Source of the DNA: an uncultured bacterium
GTDB taxonomy: Bacteria; Fidelibacterota; UBA2242
Direction: 5' to 3'
DNA: 64,000 nt
Assembly (NCBI GenBank): GCA_964441235.1
Contig: CAYTUQ010000002.1
Span: 1,705-65,704 of the forward strand
Shown here: positions 62,639-64,000 of the stretch, piece after piece
How positions within the stretch are numbered: the stretch's first letter is position 1
Layout of the letters: every line of letters starts with the position of its first letter
Made by a program: the position numbers and the translations under genes
The notes under the pieces: model-generated
Databases searched by the model: none
Told to the model about the DNA's origin: nothing
Seen by the model: the letters and a program-made list of their open reading frames with translations, nothing else

Positions 62639-64000
62639 ATGAATAAACATGACCTAAAAATAGCTGATCTCATCACCGTTCCACCAGTGGAGACGGTAAT
62701 TCAACTTGAAACGGCGGACAGCAGAGATTTAGATCTCAGCCGGGGACTCCTCACCTCATTCGTACTCACTGATGAAATCGAAAATGCCCTTGCTCAACTT
62801 TTTACGCACATTCTGGAAAAGAAGGGTGCAGGGGCATTCCTGAAAGGGAATTACGGCTCCGGTAAATCTCATTTTCTGGCTGTCGTCTCATTGTTGTTGG
62901 AATCAAACCAGTGCTGGCAGTTTATCACTCACCCTCTACTCAAACAGTTTTCTGACATTCAGAAGCAACAGACTTTAATCGTAAAAATTGCTCTACATAA
63001 CTATTCAGCCGGAGAACCTCTGGAAGCTATTATTCTGGAAGAAACAGAAAAGGCGCTTCAAGACCGAACTGGTAAACCCATACTTCTCCGCAGTAAGGCT
63101 TTGCTGATTGAGCATTTCAACCGATATATCCTTCCACAGCATTCAGAATTCTTAAAATCCGCTGACCACTCCAGAGAGAGTTGGAAACGTTTTTGTAAAA
63201 CTGATCTGTCCCAAGCAGTGAAAAAGGTCACTGCCTTCATCCAATCCCATGGTATTCCTCTAAAAGCGCAATTCGATCGCCGTCAATCCCTTAGAACACT
63301 CCTATCATTTTTGAAGAACGAGCAATTTGCGGGGATATTCTTCGCCGTAGATGAACTATCGGAATTCCTGAAATCCAAAAGCAATTCATCCCTCCTCTCT
63401 GAAGACCTTCGCTTTTTACAGTTTCTTGGGGAAGCATGCAAACAGAACCCTTTCTATCTGGTAGCTACCCTCCAAGAAAATATTGAACAAACGGGGTATG
63501 TGGAAGATGACCTGGTATACCGGATCAAGGACCGTTTCCCCTTAAGATTTAGCCTGTCTGCACACCACGTCAACCAGTTGATTTCCAAACGTCTTGTACA
63601 AAAGAAAGCAGGTTCGGATAAACCCATCCAGGTTGTGTACGACCGTTTCCGGTCATCTTTTCCAAAACTTGAAGTGGGACCAAAGACATTTACCGAAATA
63701 TATCCGGTTCATCCGGATACGGTTACTATGCTGGAAGGTCTGACACCTATCTTCTCCCAACACCGAGGAGTGGTGGACTTCATCTATCACCAGTTGACAG
63801 GTGATGAAAACAGGCAATGGGATGGAATGCTTTCACTTGGTGCCGATTGCCTGATGACTCCCGACACCATCTTTGACCATTTCCGCGAGCGAATCAAAGA
63901 GCACCCGGATTTAGAAGCCTATTCGGAAGTTGTATTCAAAACTATAGAGCGTGAAATCCCTGCTTTGTTTGAATCAGAGAAGGATCAACATATTGCCCTT
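62639..64000 (+). CDS. Large P-loop ATPase, BrxC/PglY-like (DUF499/DUF6079-type), 5' part only (runs off window)
   Basis: Open frame from ATG 62639 to the window end (454 codons; absent from the ORF track because it has no stop). IADLITVPPVETVIQLETAD...FVLTDEIENAL...LKGNYGSGKSHFLAVVSLLLE (Walker A), FFAVDELSEFL (Walker B), IYPVHPDT, FSQHRGVVDF. This pattern matches the N-terminal thirds of BREX-type ATPases. Confidence 0.55.
   Translation, partial: MNKHDLKIADLITVPPVETVIQLETADSRDLDLSRGLLTSFVLTDEIENALAQLFTHILEKKGAGAFLKGNYGSGKSHFLAVVSLLLESNQCWQFITHPLLKQFSDIQKQQTLIVKIALHNYSAGEPLEAIILEETEKALQDRTGKPILLRSKALLIEHFNRYILPQHSEFLKSADHSRESWKRFCKTDLSQAVKKVTAFIQSHGIPLKAQFDRRQSLRTLLSFLKNEQFAGIFFAVDELSEFLKSKSNSSLLSEDLRFLQFLGEACKQNPFYLVATLQENIEQTGYVEDDLVYRIKDRFPLRFSLSAHHVNQLISKRLVQKKAGSDKPIQVVYDRFRSSFPKLEVGPKTFTEIYPVHPDTVTMLEGLTPIFSQHRGVVDFIYHQLTGDENRQWDGMLSLGADCLMTPDTIFDHFRERIKEHPDLEAYSEVVFKTIEREIPALFESEKDQHIAL

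Noticed and set aside
1-64000. rRNA, tRNA, tmRNA, RNase P RNA and Moco riboswitch upstream of the molybdoenzyme genes
   Set aside because: Visual scanning of the long spacers (4.8-5.3, 10.9-11.5, 16.4-16.7, 18.9-19.3, 26.5-27.1, 48.7-49.0 and 51.66-51.72 kb) found no cloverleaf-like or conserved-core sequences. This cannot be excluded without covariance-model searches.

Overview
AT-rich (about one-third G+C by eye) bacterial chromosomal window. It is Gram-negative and probably from an uncultured FCB-superphylum-like lineage, judging by a T9SS C-terminal sorting domain, a PorV/PorQ-like barrel and TonB-ExbBD.

Layout:
- 0-22 kb: housekeeping and envelope genes. These are an MA-type peptidase, exbB-exbD-exbD-tonB, a CaCA antiporter, a DegV-Dak2 fusion, a nitrilase-family hydrolase, HD and PspC proteins, a TIGR03960-type radical-SAM gene + RNase G/E + rplU + rpmA, a cation/H+ antiporter + EIIA(Ntr)-like protein, aspS and phoH.
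- 22.3-26.5 kb: a 5'-truncated gpmI remnant abuts a cobalamin-riboswitch-controlled TonB-dependent receptor and a T9SS-sorted beta-propeller.
- 27-30 kb: a NifS/Moco-sulfurase-like enzyme and decayed genes.
- 30.4-43.3 kb: an accessory defence/TA island with AbiEi/AbiEii, RadC, an HsdR-less type I-like M/S operon, MNT/HEPN and Fic. In that operon the S subunit is fused to a CX3CX2C radical-SAM domain and is followed by a TcmP-like partner and a mini Mrr-like nuclease.
- 43.4-55.5 kb: metabolism. Esterase, Zn-ADH, two carbamoyltransferases + carbamate kinase + a PLP enzyme + MocA/XdhC + a three-subunit xanthine-dehydrogenase-family enzyme.
- 55.7-64 kb: a second, decayed accessory region with two TIGR04255-like two-gene modules, RadC and TRD-like gene fragments, a TPR protein, and the start of a BrxC/PglY-like P-loop ATPase that runs off the window.

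I recognised no rRNA, tRNA, CRISPR array, transposase or integrase. Intergenic spacers are unusually rich in GC-rich palindromic elements and 7-bp-periodic micro-arrays.

The most novel-looking item is the HsdM / unknown / HsdS-radical-SAM / TcmP-like / mini-nuclease operon at 34.2-40.9 kb.

All calls are by-eye motif recognition. No database search was run.
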